Shown here in pieces: positions 37,601 to 49,600 of a DNA stretch of 64,000 nt. The stretch is from Mobula birostris (Eukaryota). Both the position numbers and the translations under genes were made by a program. The stretch spans positions 170,933,415 through 170,997,414 of the forward strand of contig NC_092375.1 of NCBI RefSeq assembly GCF_030028105.1, written 5' to 3'. Positions within the stretch are counted from its first letter, which is position 1. Every line of letters starts with the position of its first letter. The notes beneath the pieces were generated by a model. It saw only the letters and a list, made by a program, of their open reading frames with translations, was not told the DNA's origin and made no database searches.

Positions 37601-40600
37601 TTAACATTCTACTGAATATCAACAAAAGAGCGCTAACATCATCAATTTAATGCAACGATCTGCTGGAAGAACTCAGGAGGTCGAGCAGCATCTGTGGGAA
37701 GAAAGGAATTATCAGTATTTTGGGTCAAAACTGTGCATCAGGACTTTTGCCCCCAAACATCAACAATTCCTTTCCTCACTCAGACACTGCTCAACCCACC
37801 GAATTGCTCCGGAAGATCACCTGTTGCTGCAGGTTCCAGTATTTGCTGTCTCTAGTGTCTCCATTATCAATTTGATGCTGACAGTATAAGATGTTGCCAG
37901 GAAAAAATACAAGATCAGGGCTTTAAACCATTGGCAGGAAAGAGGCAACCATGACCACAACTGGTGAGGCTGTTCCACAGTGAAGATTGACTACAAATAC
38001 GACTTCAGCAAAAGCAACAATCTGATCTGACTTCATGTCAATCATATTTGAGCTTAACCCATTTTTATTAAAGGAAATGGATCAAGGATTGACAGGTTAA
38101 GAATATAAGATCAATGACAGTCTGTTTGGTTTTGATTCATATTGTTAGGGTGAACCAGGTGCTACAGGACGCCTAGGAATGCCAGGCCTTCCAGGACGAG
38201 GCATTATCGGATTGAAGGTACACACGCTGTATTTTGGTAGAATATTAATATGTACCTGTGAAAATAAATGGCAAACAATTATAAATATTATAAAAAACAC
38301 TCTTCCAACTATTTATTCATAGCAATGAAAAACTAGTAATTTCTCACAAACTGGCTATTCATAAAACAAGATAAAAGATGTACCGTACACAGATTCCTTC
38401 TTTCCAGATCTCACATTAAAGATGAACTTTCTTTGATGACTCCTGCCTTTTTAAATGGATCTGTTAGGATAATTCTGGATGAGTCTCTAGCAATTTCCTT
38501 CACTTTGTGACCCAGTGAACAGAATTAAGTTACCAAGTATTTCGATTATGTACGTGCTACTGTCACAGAGGCTGTGGTAAGTAACATCGTTTCAAGTTAT
38601 CTTCAGAACCTGCAGTCTCGAGCCTCCAGACCACCGAGAGTGCAAGTGAAGCTCAGGGGATGTCTCCATTGTCTCAGGGAACGTGGCTGTCAGGGAGGCC
38701 AATATGTAAAACTGAAGACCTCAGAACAAGATTAAAGTACTAGAGGGGCATCAAGAACAGTTGTTTACTCTTCTTCTCAGAGGTCTGGTTCACTCCCAAC
38801 ACTCCTGACAGTGCTCCAACCCAAGGCTTCACCATCCACTCCATGGTAGCAGCATCAGGTAAAGGCAGCGGTATTTGCTTCATGTTGGCTTCATCGTGGT
38901 GCAGAGGCATGGCAGTCCTGTCTCAGTTCTGCCCCCATGACTTGTACCACCTGGTGGTCATGTATCACCCTTTCTGTTTGCCAAGGGAATTCACCGCTGC
39001 CATCCTGGTTGCAGTGTATGTTCCACCCTGGCAAATGTCAGGCTGGCACTGGAGTAGCTGAGTACTGTGATCAACAGTCTCAAGGCAGTGCACCCTGATC
39101 CTTCCTGAATATTGTAGGGGACTTCAAACAGGCCAGTTAGAAGAAGTCTCTGACAAACGACCACCAACCAGTCACCTGTGGAGCCAAAGGAGCCAACACA
39201 CACACTCGATCACTGTTACACCACCACTGAGAACGGTTACCGTGTCATCCCATGCCCGCACTTTGGCAAGTCTGATTGCCTGGCTGTACTCCTACTCCCA
39301 GCATACAGGCAGAGACCGAGGGCCTCAGCACCATGAAGACTATTTATAGGATTGTTTTGATTTGGTAGACTGGACCATATTCAGGCATTCATCTTCAGGA
39401 GCCTTGAAAGAATTAGATTTGCAATCTGTTGAGGGTTGCATTTATAGCATTCAAGACAGGCAATCCAGAACCCTACAAGGTCCAGATACAACCTACAGCA
39501 GGCTATCATGAGAGTGAAAAGGTAATTCCAGGCAAAGTTAGAGGCACAATAGCTGTGGTAGAGTTCCGTGCCAGCGGGTCGACTTCTTTAGGAGTTTAAG
39601 GAGGTTTGGTATGAACACAAAAGACTCCTGCAAATTTCTACAAATGTACAATGGAGGATATTCTGGTTGCATCACTGCCTTGCATGGATGATCTAAGGCA
39701 CAGGATCAAACAAGGCTGCAGAGGGCATCTCCATTGCAGGCACAACCCTCCCCACCGAGGAAATCTTCAAGAGGCAATGCCTCAAGAAAACGGCATCCTT
39801 CATTAAGGTCTCTCACCGTCCGTGTGTGCCCTCCTCTCATGACTACCATCAGAAATGAGTTACAGGAGCGGAAGACCCACACTCAGTGTTTTAGGAACAG
39901 CTTCTTCCCCTCCACCATCAGATTGCTAAATGGTCCATGAACCCACGAACACAAACTTGATATTCATCTTTTGCACTATTTATCTATTTTTGGAACTTTT
40001 AGTTAGTTTTATGTCTTGCACGGTTCTGCGGCACAAAGAATGATTTTCACAATATATGTCAGTGATAATAAACCTAATTCTGATTCTGACTCTGATAGTG
40101 CTTTATTGATCAATATTTTGTATAGGGCGATCCAGGTCCCCCAGGTCCCATGGGTCCTGTAGGTGAAACTGGAGTAGGAATCCCAGGTCCTAAGGTAGGA
40201 AATAAATACATTTTTAAGACTATTATAGACAGGACTAATGTCATAATTTTCTGGTTTTCAAAGTAGGACAGCAAAAGTGAGAATATAGATAAGATTTCAA
40301 GGAATTTCTGATTTCCAGTCATGCCTTCAGGGGATGTTGTTACTACTAAAGCCTGCTTTAACAGTTGATCCCTAAAGGTTGTTGGGCTATTTCAGAAGAC
40401 ACTGAAGAGTCTAACCACTATTAAGGGTCCAGAGTCACATTTATGGCAGATAAGGACTGATGACAGAGTCCCTTCCCTGAAAGACATTAAAGGCTCGATG
40501 GGGATAAGCATTACAGAGAATAGCAATGGCTTTCAGCAGGGCAGAGTCTGGAAAAAATCTTGCTGCACCCCTACCTCCAAACACTGTGTTTTTCTGCATT

Positions 40601-43600
40601 TAGTGTTTTATTATAAACGTACTTTGTTTTATTGTACATCATTTCTTTCTGCAATTCAGCTGTATTTTATAAAGTGAATCCCCAACAAAAGAGTAGACAA
40701 TAGACAATAGGCAATAGGTGCAGGAGTAGGCCATTCAGCCCTTCGAGCCAGCACCGCCATTCACTGTGATCATGGCTGATCATCCACTATCAGTATCCAG
40801 TTCCTGCCTTATCCCCATAACCTTTGATTCCGCTATCTTTAAGAGCTCTATCCATCTCTTTCTTGAAAGCATCCAGAGTCTTGGCCTCCACAGCCTTCTG
40901 GGGCAGAGCATTCTATATATCCACCACTCTTTGGGTGAAAAAGTTTTTCCTCAACTCCGTTCTAAATGGCCTACCCGTAATTCTTAAACTGTGGCCTCTG
41001 GTTCTGGACTCACCCATCAGCGGGAACATGCTTCCTGCCTGCAGCGCGTCCAATCCCTTAATAATCTTATATGTTTCAATAACATCCCATCTCAGCCTTC
41101 TAACTTCCAGAGTATTCAAGCCCAGTCGCTCCAATCTTTCGACATATGACAGTCCCGCCATCCCGGGAATTAACCTTGTGAACCTATGCTGCACTCCCTC
41201 AATAGCAAGAATGTCCTTCCTCAAATTTGGAGACCAAAACTGCACACAGTACTCCAGGTGTGGTCTCACCAGGGCCCTGTACAGCTGCAGAAGGACCTCT
41301 TTGCTCCTATACTCAATTCCCTTTGTTATGAAGGCCAGCATGCCATTAGCTTTCTTCATAGCCTGCTGTACTTGCATGCTTGCTTTCAGTGACTGATGTA
41401 CAAGAACACCTAGATCTCGTGGTGCTTCCCCTTTTCCTAACTTGACTCCATTTAGATAATAATCTGCCTTCCCATTCTTACCACCAAAGTGGATAACCTC
41501 ACATTTATCCACATTAAACTGCATCTGCCATGCATCTGCCCACTCACCCAGCCTGTCCAAGTCACCCTGCATTCTCATAACATCCTCCTCACATTTCACA
41601 CTGCCACCCAGCTTTGTGTCATTGGCAAATCTGCTAATGTTACTTTTAATTCCCTCATCTAAATCATTAATATATATTGTAAACAGCAGCAGTCCCAGCA
41701 CTGAACCCTGCGGTACTCCACTGGTCACTGCCTGCCATTCCGAAAGGGACCCGTTAATCACTACTCTTTGTTTTCTGTCAGCCAGCCAATTTTCAATCCA
41801 TGTCAGTACTCTGCCCCCAATACCATGTGCCCTAATTTTGCCCACTAATCTCCAATGTGGGACTTTAGCAAAGGCTTTCTGAAAGTCCAGGTACACTACA
41901 TCCACTGGCTCTCCCTTGTCCATTTTCATAGTTACATCCTCAAAAAATTCCAGAAGATTAGTTAAGCACGATTTCCCCTTCGTAAATCCATGCTGACTCG
42001 GACCAATCCTGTTACTACTATTCAGGTGTAGCTTCGTATTTAAATGATTAAAAAAAGAGCTGGCATTTTCTGCAGGTTTGACTGTGTGTGTGTTGAGGAA
42101 GGAGCATTTTTGTTCATTATTACTGTTTGATGTGAATTTAATATTTTGTGTACTTGAGTATTGTGGTCCAATAAGCAGGCACACAGTGCTGAATTTTCTT
42201 AGTAGTGCATAAAACTTGCGGAATTATGAAAAAATTATCTTTTGAAAAGAAACTGGTCAAGATTAAATATTAGAATGTAGGGGCAATTCTGACCAAAACA
42301 GTTGCCACTGCTGGCAACCCCATGTATTTGTTATACTTGCATTACCCTCAGCTCCAATGATTGTTCCAAAGTTGAAGATATGTATTCAATCCTTTATTGG
42401 CAATCAGCAAACATGCTATCTTGAAGCGATGAAACTAAGTGAAATTAAGCATGACTGAGTGATCAACAAAAGATACAACATCCGTCAGTCCCCAGCTGTA
42501 AACTGCCCTAAACAAAGCATGGATATATAACTTGTTCCCTTCACTTTTACCACGCCCCCCCACCCATGTGACTAGTTACCATAATAAATAATGATAAACA
42601 CGCGACACAGAATACAATGCTGATAGAGAACAGATGCAAGGCTCCTACATATAGGTTGTAGGAAGAAATCATGTCCTGGTATTTGGCACAGTTTGTGTAG
42701 AGCTAGTCACAATCTCACACACAACTTTACTTTATTAGATCTAGTCTCCGGGAAATTTGTCATCTTCGTTTCTTGCAGAACTGAAGAGAACACCTTTGAA
42801 GTGAACACTCCTGTGGGATCTTTTCATTCTATTGTACTTTTAGAGTCATACGATACAAAGCAAATCTCCTGCCCTACTGAGCCCACATTGACCATCAAGC
42901 ATTAATTCACACTATTCTTACTGTAATCTTCACACTTTCCCCATCAACTCTTCCTACGCTCCAGCACCACTACCCACCCTCCCAGATACTCCCTCTCACC
43001 TGCACATTAGGTCTTGGGGATGAGAAAGAAACCACAATGCGCTGAGGAAGCCACACATTCTCAGAGAAAAAGTGCAAACTCCAATTTTCATTTTAGGCTT
43101 GGATCATAAAAGATTATTTGCTTGTAATAATAAAAAAAATATTTATTTTGCAATGAAGTGTGAGAAAACACTTATAATCTACAATATGAAGTAATTTTTC
43201 CACATGTACGACCTTCAATATTAGGGTGAGCGTGGTCACCCAGGACCAGTTGGACCCATTGGACCTAAAGGAGAGGGCTTTCCAGGCTCACCTGTAAGTT
43301 ACAATGTTAAGTGTTAATTCACGAAATTTAACTTATCCATGTCTTTTCTCATTTTCCTATGTTTTTATGTTTTCCTATGCTTCCAGCATTTTACTACTGG
43401 CACATTCAAATACCTAGCACTTTGAAAACTGGGCCAGTGGAGGGAGCACTGGACCATTTCAAGTTCAAGTTTACTGTCATCTAAATGTACATACACACAA
43501 CCAAATGAAACAAAGTTCCTCCGGACATGGTGCACCCACAAAACATATATCACACACAGTAGATAAAACAAATTATGACCATAAATATGTTCATAAAATA

Positions 43601-46600
43601 TAATTCAAAATGCATGTAGTGCACAGGACAGGTAAGTAGTAAACAGTACAGTGAGCTGTGTGGCAGAAAGTGACAAGGCCTCGGTGGTAGCAGGGTATTC
43701 ATTAGTCTCACAGCAAGAGGGAAGAAGCTTTTACGCAGTCCTGATACTCCTGTATCAATGATGGTAGTAGGTCAAAGAGGTAGTGGGAAGAGTGGTGGGG
43801 GTCCTCAAGAATGCTTTATGCTCTTGGTCTACATCAGTGCTGGTAAATGTCACAAATAGTGTGATCAGCAACAGGCTGAGTACACAGCCCTGGGGGGCTT
43901 CAGTGTTCAGCATGACGGAGCTTGAGATGCTGCTGCCAACCTGAACTGACTGTGGTCTTTCCATCAAGAAGTCCAAGATCCAGTTACAGAGAGGGATGTT
44001 GAGCCCCAACAAGAACAGTATCCACCAGCCTCTGAGGAACGATCGTGTAAAACGCTGAGCTGAAGTTGATAAACAACATCCTGGCTAATGAGGCATCATT
44101 TTCTAGATGGGACCGGACAGAGTAAAGAGCCAAGGCTATGGCATCTTCAGTGGACCGGTTTGAGTGGAGGGTGAACTGGAAAGGATCCAATATGGCTGTA
44201 AGGTGGGATTTTATATGATCCATTACCAGCCACGCAAAGCAGTTGATGATTGTTGAAGTCAGTGTGACTGGGCAGTAATAGCTTAGGTCAGTTACCATCG
44301 CTCCCTTGGGCACCGGAAAGATAGTGGCTGTAGGGACAATGGACTGTTTCAAAGAGATATTAAAGGTGTCCATGAAGACCTCTGCTAGCTAGGCCGCACA
44401 ATCCCTCCACACCTGACTAGTGACGTTGTCAGTCCCTGCAGCTTTGCGTGGCTTTACCCTGGCTAGGATCCTCCTTACTTCGGCCGTAGCCAGACAGTGT
44501 GCCTGCTCTTCAGGGAGAGAGGGAGATTTCCTCAATGTCACATTATTTATCACGTCCAGCTGTGTGCAGACGGCAATCAGCCTAGAAGATCAGGAGGTGT
44601 CGCTGTCGTTAATGCACAGGGGGGGATTTATAATCTCTTTGATTAAATGGGATGTTTGACTGATTGGCCTCTGTCAATTCTAGCATATGTTGGATCACTG
44701 AGTTTTTTCTGCAAAAACCTGAAGGCAACTTGAGAACTACCTTTGAACACTTTTCCTTCAAAAAACAGTAAAAGCAATTTCATTCACCTTTAGTGCATTT
44801 CAGTAAGCTGGGCTAGTTTTTAATTTATCATCTTAATTAAACAATAACTTCCGTGTGTATCTAATGGAATCATGAGTTCTCAGTGGAAGTTTGTGAATAT
44901 AGATTGAAGAAAAACTAAATATTATTTTATTTTAATGAAAAGGGTCGACCAGGTCTTCCAGGGCCTCCAGGAGAGCAGGGTCATGTAGGAACTGGATTCC
45001 CAGGACCAAAGGTATCCTGTTATATTCACAAGAGAAAAAAACATTCCTTGTTCAATTTGTTAGTGTTTTGTTACTGTCTAATGATTTGCACATCATGGGA
45101 ACACTACCACCTGCAGATTCCCCATCAATTCACTCTCAAGTGAATATTGTTGTCCCATCATCACCATTAGGTATGACTCCTTACCTAACAACACTGTGGA
45201 AGTATCTTCAGTGGATGGACTGCAATGACTGAAGAAGATGGGTCGCCATTATTTTGCAAGGGCAATAAAGGATGAGCTCGCAACACCCTCATCCGTAAAG
45301 TGAATATATTTTTTTTAAGTGGTAACCTCTCCATTAAATGTTCTGGTATGTTTTGCTGTCAGGACTGTGTGACTGTTCAAAACATAATTTATTAAAGTAA
45401 ATGAATGTAAATTGAAACAAGACTGGAAGTCAGCGATTTTTGCACTATGTATTGTACACTTTGCCCTCCTGGATTCAATTGTGCTGTTATGTCACTGAAG
45501 TGGAAATAACAGTTAATCTAGATTCCTATGTATGTCACATGTAATTTTTATCTGGGACTACAATCTCAAAATATTCCTCACCATTTTTATTTTCCACCAA
45601 CTGGCAGGTGAAATATTGTGAGAAAGGGGTAGTCTAGTTTTACCTGCCTAATTTCCCCATTTCTGCTTGCTGGTCACTTTTTAAATGTGCTGTTCCCACA
45701 ACTTAAGGAGGGATGAGAATCTTGTACATTGAGATCACCCCCATCACTCTGTCTCCCTCCCTCCATTCCTTTCCACAGTGCCACCCTACTGGATTTCAAA
45801 CCACTCTCAAGAGGTTGTAACATCGAAACAGTGAGCTGTTGGCCTCCCCTCTTGCTGTGGCAGGAGCGATACCTCTCTCCCTCATTAGTGACAGAGAGAA
45901 TCTGTGGGATGTTGAAGTGTTGCAGTGGGTGGACAGTGGTTTTTCTGATGGACTCTAGATGGTGGTCTTTTTGGGGGCTTTGCTATTGCTGGCGGGTGGG
46001 GGGGGGTTGCTGCTTTCACTGAGGGAGGTGGGAGGAGGGGGAGGGTTGATGCTTGCTGCTACTTGTACCTGAGAGGGAAGCTTTGGGGTTCTAACATTTT
46101 TCCCACCAAAAAAATGAATTTCTCATTCATTCTTTGGGGTTTTTCTTCTGATTCATGGATGTTTGCAAAGAGCAAGAATTTCAGATTGCATACCATATAC
46201 ATTCTCTGATATTAAATTGAACCATTAAACCATGGAACTAGAGAAGTTGAAGGTCATGGCAAGCTGTTAGTGTTTGGAAGGTCAAAGAGTTTTCCAAGCT
46301 GTGTGAAAATCCTCACTAATAATTGTTATGTTTTAGGGAGATCCAGGAGTCAGAGGGCCAAGTGGTTTGGCTGGACCTCCAGGAAAAGGACTTCAAGGTC
46401 AGAAGGTACCACAAGTTGCATTTGGATTCCCATTTTCATCTACTCATTAAGCTCTCCCAAATTGACAAGCCCTTCAACTTTGAGATGAGTGGCAGGTCAA
46501 GTGTTTGGACAAAATATGACTAAAAGATTGATACAAAAAGAAGAAAATGAAGATAAAACACACCAGAAATGTAAAAATATAGTTGAAGTTTGTATAGATA

Positions 46601-49600
46601 TTTGGAAAAAGAGAGTTATAAGAGTGGTTGGTGGTCTAATAGAAAATGAGCCTGGGAAATTGGTTACGGAAAACAAGAATACAGTATAGCAGAAGAATTC
46701 AACAAAAATAATCCTTCTGTATAGATGATACAGGTAATATATTAAAATTAGCTGAAAAATACAAGCTGGAAGGAAGGCAAACATTCAGGAAAATTATAAT
46801 TTCTAGGGAAATTCTGAACAAGCTGCCCTCCAAGTGATTTCCGGATTCTAATGGACTTCATCTTTGAGTATTAAAAGTAAAGGCTAGTGAGATATTTGAT
46901 ACATTACTTTTAATTTCCAAAATTCCCTGCATTCTGAGAATGTTCCATTAAATAAGTGAGTAACAAATGTTAAGGCAACTGGCCAGTAGTTTCTTGTTTT
47001 CAACCCCTCTCTTTTGATGTGGAAACCATGAATTTTGGTTGTCAGTATCACATCAGTGCTAAGTGCATGAGGGGTGCAGTGAAGCACTGAATGAAACAGA
47101 GATTGACAGTCAATGAGCAAAGAGGACACCGTGAATTGAGTAGTGTCTGGGACTGGTAGCGAGATGGTAAGATATGGTATTTGATGTTATATTTCCTGAC
47201 ATTAACCACTCATGTGAGTCATTGAAATTCTTCTGACACCTTGTTCTGATTCTTAAGGCTGCAATCTTGTCCGATAACTTCAAGGTTGTCTGTATTTAGT
47301 GACTTCTAAGCATGTTCCTGATGTTCTTCTCATCCACCAAAACTACCCGTACAATGTTCACAAATCTCTCTCTCTCTCTCGCTCACTCTCTCCCTCTCTC
47401 CCTCTCCTATCCTTATTATGTTTCCCAGATCACCTTCACTTGAAGAATGCCAGCTAATAATAGCTTTAGTCAGATTGCATTTTCTTTTTATGAAATATAG
47501 ATCACCTAAGAGCAAAACTGACTTGTCTTAACTGGTGGTGGTGATACACTATTATCAGATCTCTACTCTTGGCTTTAATGAGCAAAGATTAAAAAGCATT
47601 AAACTCTGATAGGTTAATTATACATTATGTTCTCTGTTGCCATTTTCAGGGATTGTCAAATTTAAACACTGCCTTCAGATAATTGTTTTTGTGTGAAACA
47701 GATTGAGTCTTCTATTGCACTTTAGGGAGTAGCAGGAAGACCCGGACCACCTGGGCCCCAAGGTCCTCCAGGGGAAGGCATTCAGGGACCTAAGGTAGGT
47801 AGAATGAAACATATGCAAAATCAGATGTGTTATGAAAAATTTCAGAATTTCTACTTAACTGCAATACATCTGAATCATTTAAAAAGATAAAGGTTCTTTT
47901 TTATTAATGTTGAAAACAAAATTGAAACTATTTGTCTGATAGGGGGATCAAGGTTTTCAAGGACTGATAGGACCTCGTGGACCACCAGGGGAAGGGCTTT
48001 TGGGACCTAAGGTACGTGAGCAATTTATGGCTTTGTATTTGTCTTGTGCAATAGATTGATAGATACTTTATTGATCTCAAAGGAAATTACTGTGTCACAG
48101 TAGCATTACAAGTGCGCAGGTATACAAATAGACCAAAAGTGTCTCCTACCTACTGAGAATGACATCATTCCAATGCAGGTTGGAAGAACTATTGCCGACA
48201 GCAGTTAATGCATAGCCAACACTGCTGTTGCACGGTCTTTCTCACAGTGAACCCATGAGTCAAACAGATACAAAATAGTCTTCAAAGTTACCAGTCAGCT
48301 GGAGAATTATTACAGAAATTAAAGCTGCCTCAAAGAGCAGAAGCGCTAATTCTCTCACTGATAAGAGTCATGTAGCACAGAAACTGATAATTCAGCACAT
48401 CCTTTCCAGTCAACAATCCATTACCCTGTACCTGATGGTTGACATGGTTCTTGATCAGTTATTTCAGAAGCAATCAAGTGTAAGTTTATTATGTTTCTTG
48501 TCTGTATGGAAGGACTAATGTCGCTTGATTCGAGACCTTTTCCTGTTTACCAAGAAAATCGATACAAGTAATCCCAGGAGTAGAAGAAGTAATAAGGAAG
48601 CTGAGGAGAGGCACTGAAAAGCAGAAGTGGTAAACCCTAGTGGGAGTTCCTCACCCTACTCCCATTGTGTTTGTAGACTGTCCAGATGATGCCCTGGTCC
48701 CATGAAGTCCTATTTCATTTTTCATTAACTTTTCTGGATATGCATGTTGCTTAGAGTTGAAAGTTAATATCCTACTGGCCTTTAAACTGAGAAATAGAAT
48801 TATTTTCTGTAGCAAACATGAGACCTGATGATGTGAACAAGAAATTTACAAAATTAGAAACTGGGAGTAGTGACTTACTGAAAAATTTGGTTCAATTGGC
48901 ATTTTTAAGAGAGTCAAATTAATGTTGGCCAGCAAGACTTGAAATGTGACCCTCTATTGTAAAAGTCTATAATTCTAATACAGTGAGTTAATTGACACAT
49001 TGGTTAATCAGAGCAGCCACTCATTTGGGACAACTCTTAAAGAACAAAAACTAATCGAGAAAATAGCCGGGATTCCCTTCGTATACTTGGGACTCTACTG
49101 TTCCAGAACAGTTTTTACCAACGTCAGTCACAGACACTATACTGTGCTTAGATCAAACAGTTTTTAAATAGCTTCAGTTGCATGTGTTTGTGTTCAAAAG
49201 GCAGTGATTTTTGTCTCTGGTAGTTGGCGAGAAATAAGCAGTAAGCCAATTCAGAACTTTTTTGTTCACTGAGGTTTCAAGCTTTCAGGCTTGGAGATGC
49301 CAGGTACGGCCAGAAGTGAAAATAAAATGACTTCCCTAAGTTTCCACAAGTTAGGAACTATGAATAATTTGAATGTATTAACATGAATGTTACAATGAAA
49401 ATGAAGATATGGAGGATGCAATAATCGAAAGCATTGTATATGAAAGCAGTCCATTATCTGCATTAGGTGTCTGCACAGCAGCGTACACTGGATGAATTCC
49501 TCCATCGATGACCATTAGGAACTAATACACAGTTTTATAGTACTGTAGTAGTATTGGCAGAGTTCTAATTTGCACTGTATTTCATTTAAATACATAATTC

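Noticed and set aside
40913-42184. 423-aa ORF as a host gene
   Set aside because: It is CR1 RT, 5'-truncated at about 42021. The first ~55 codons are read-through of flanking DNA, and the catalytic FADD reads FAND.
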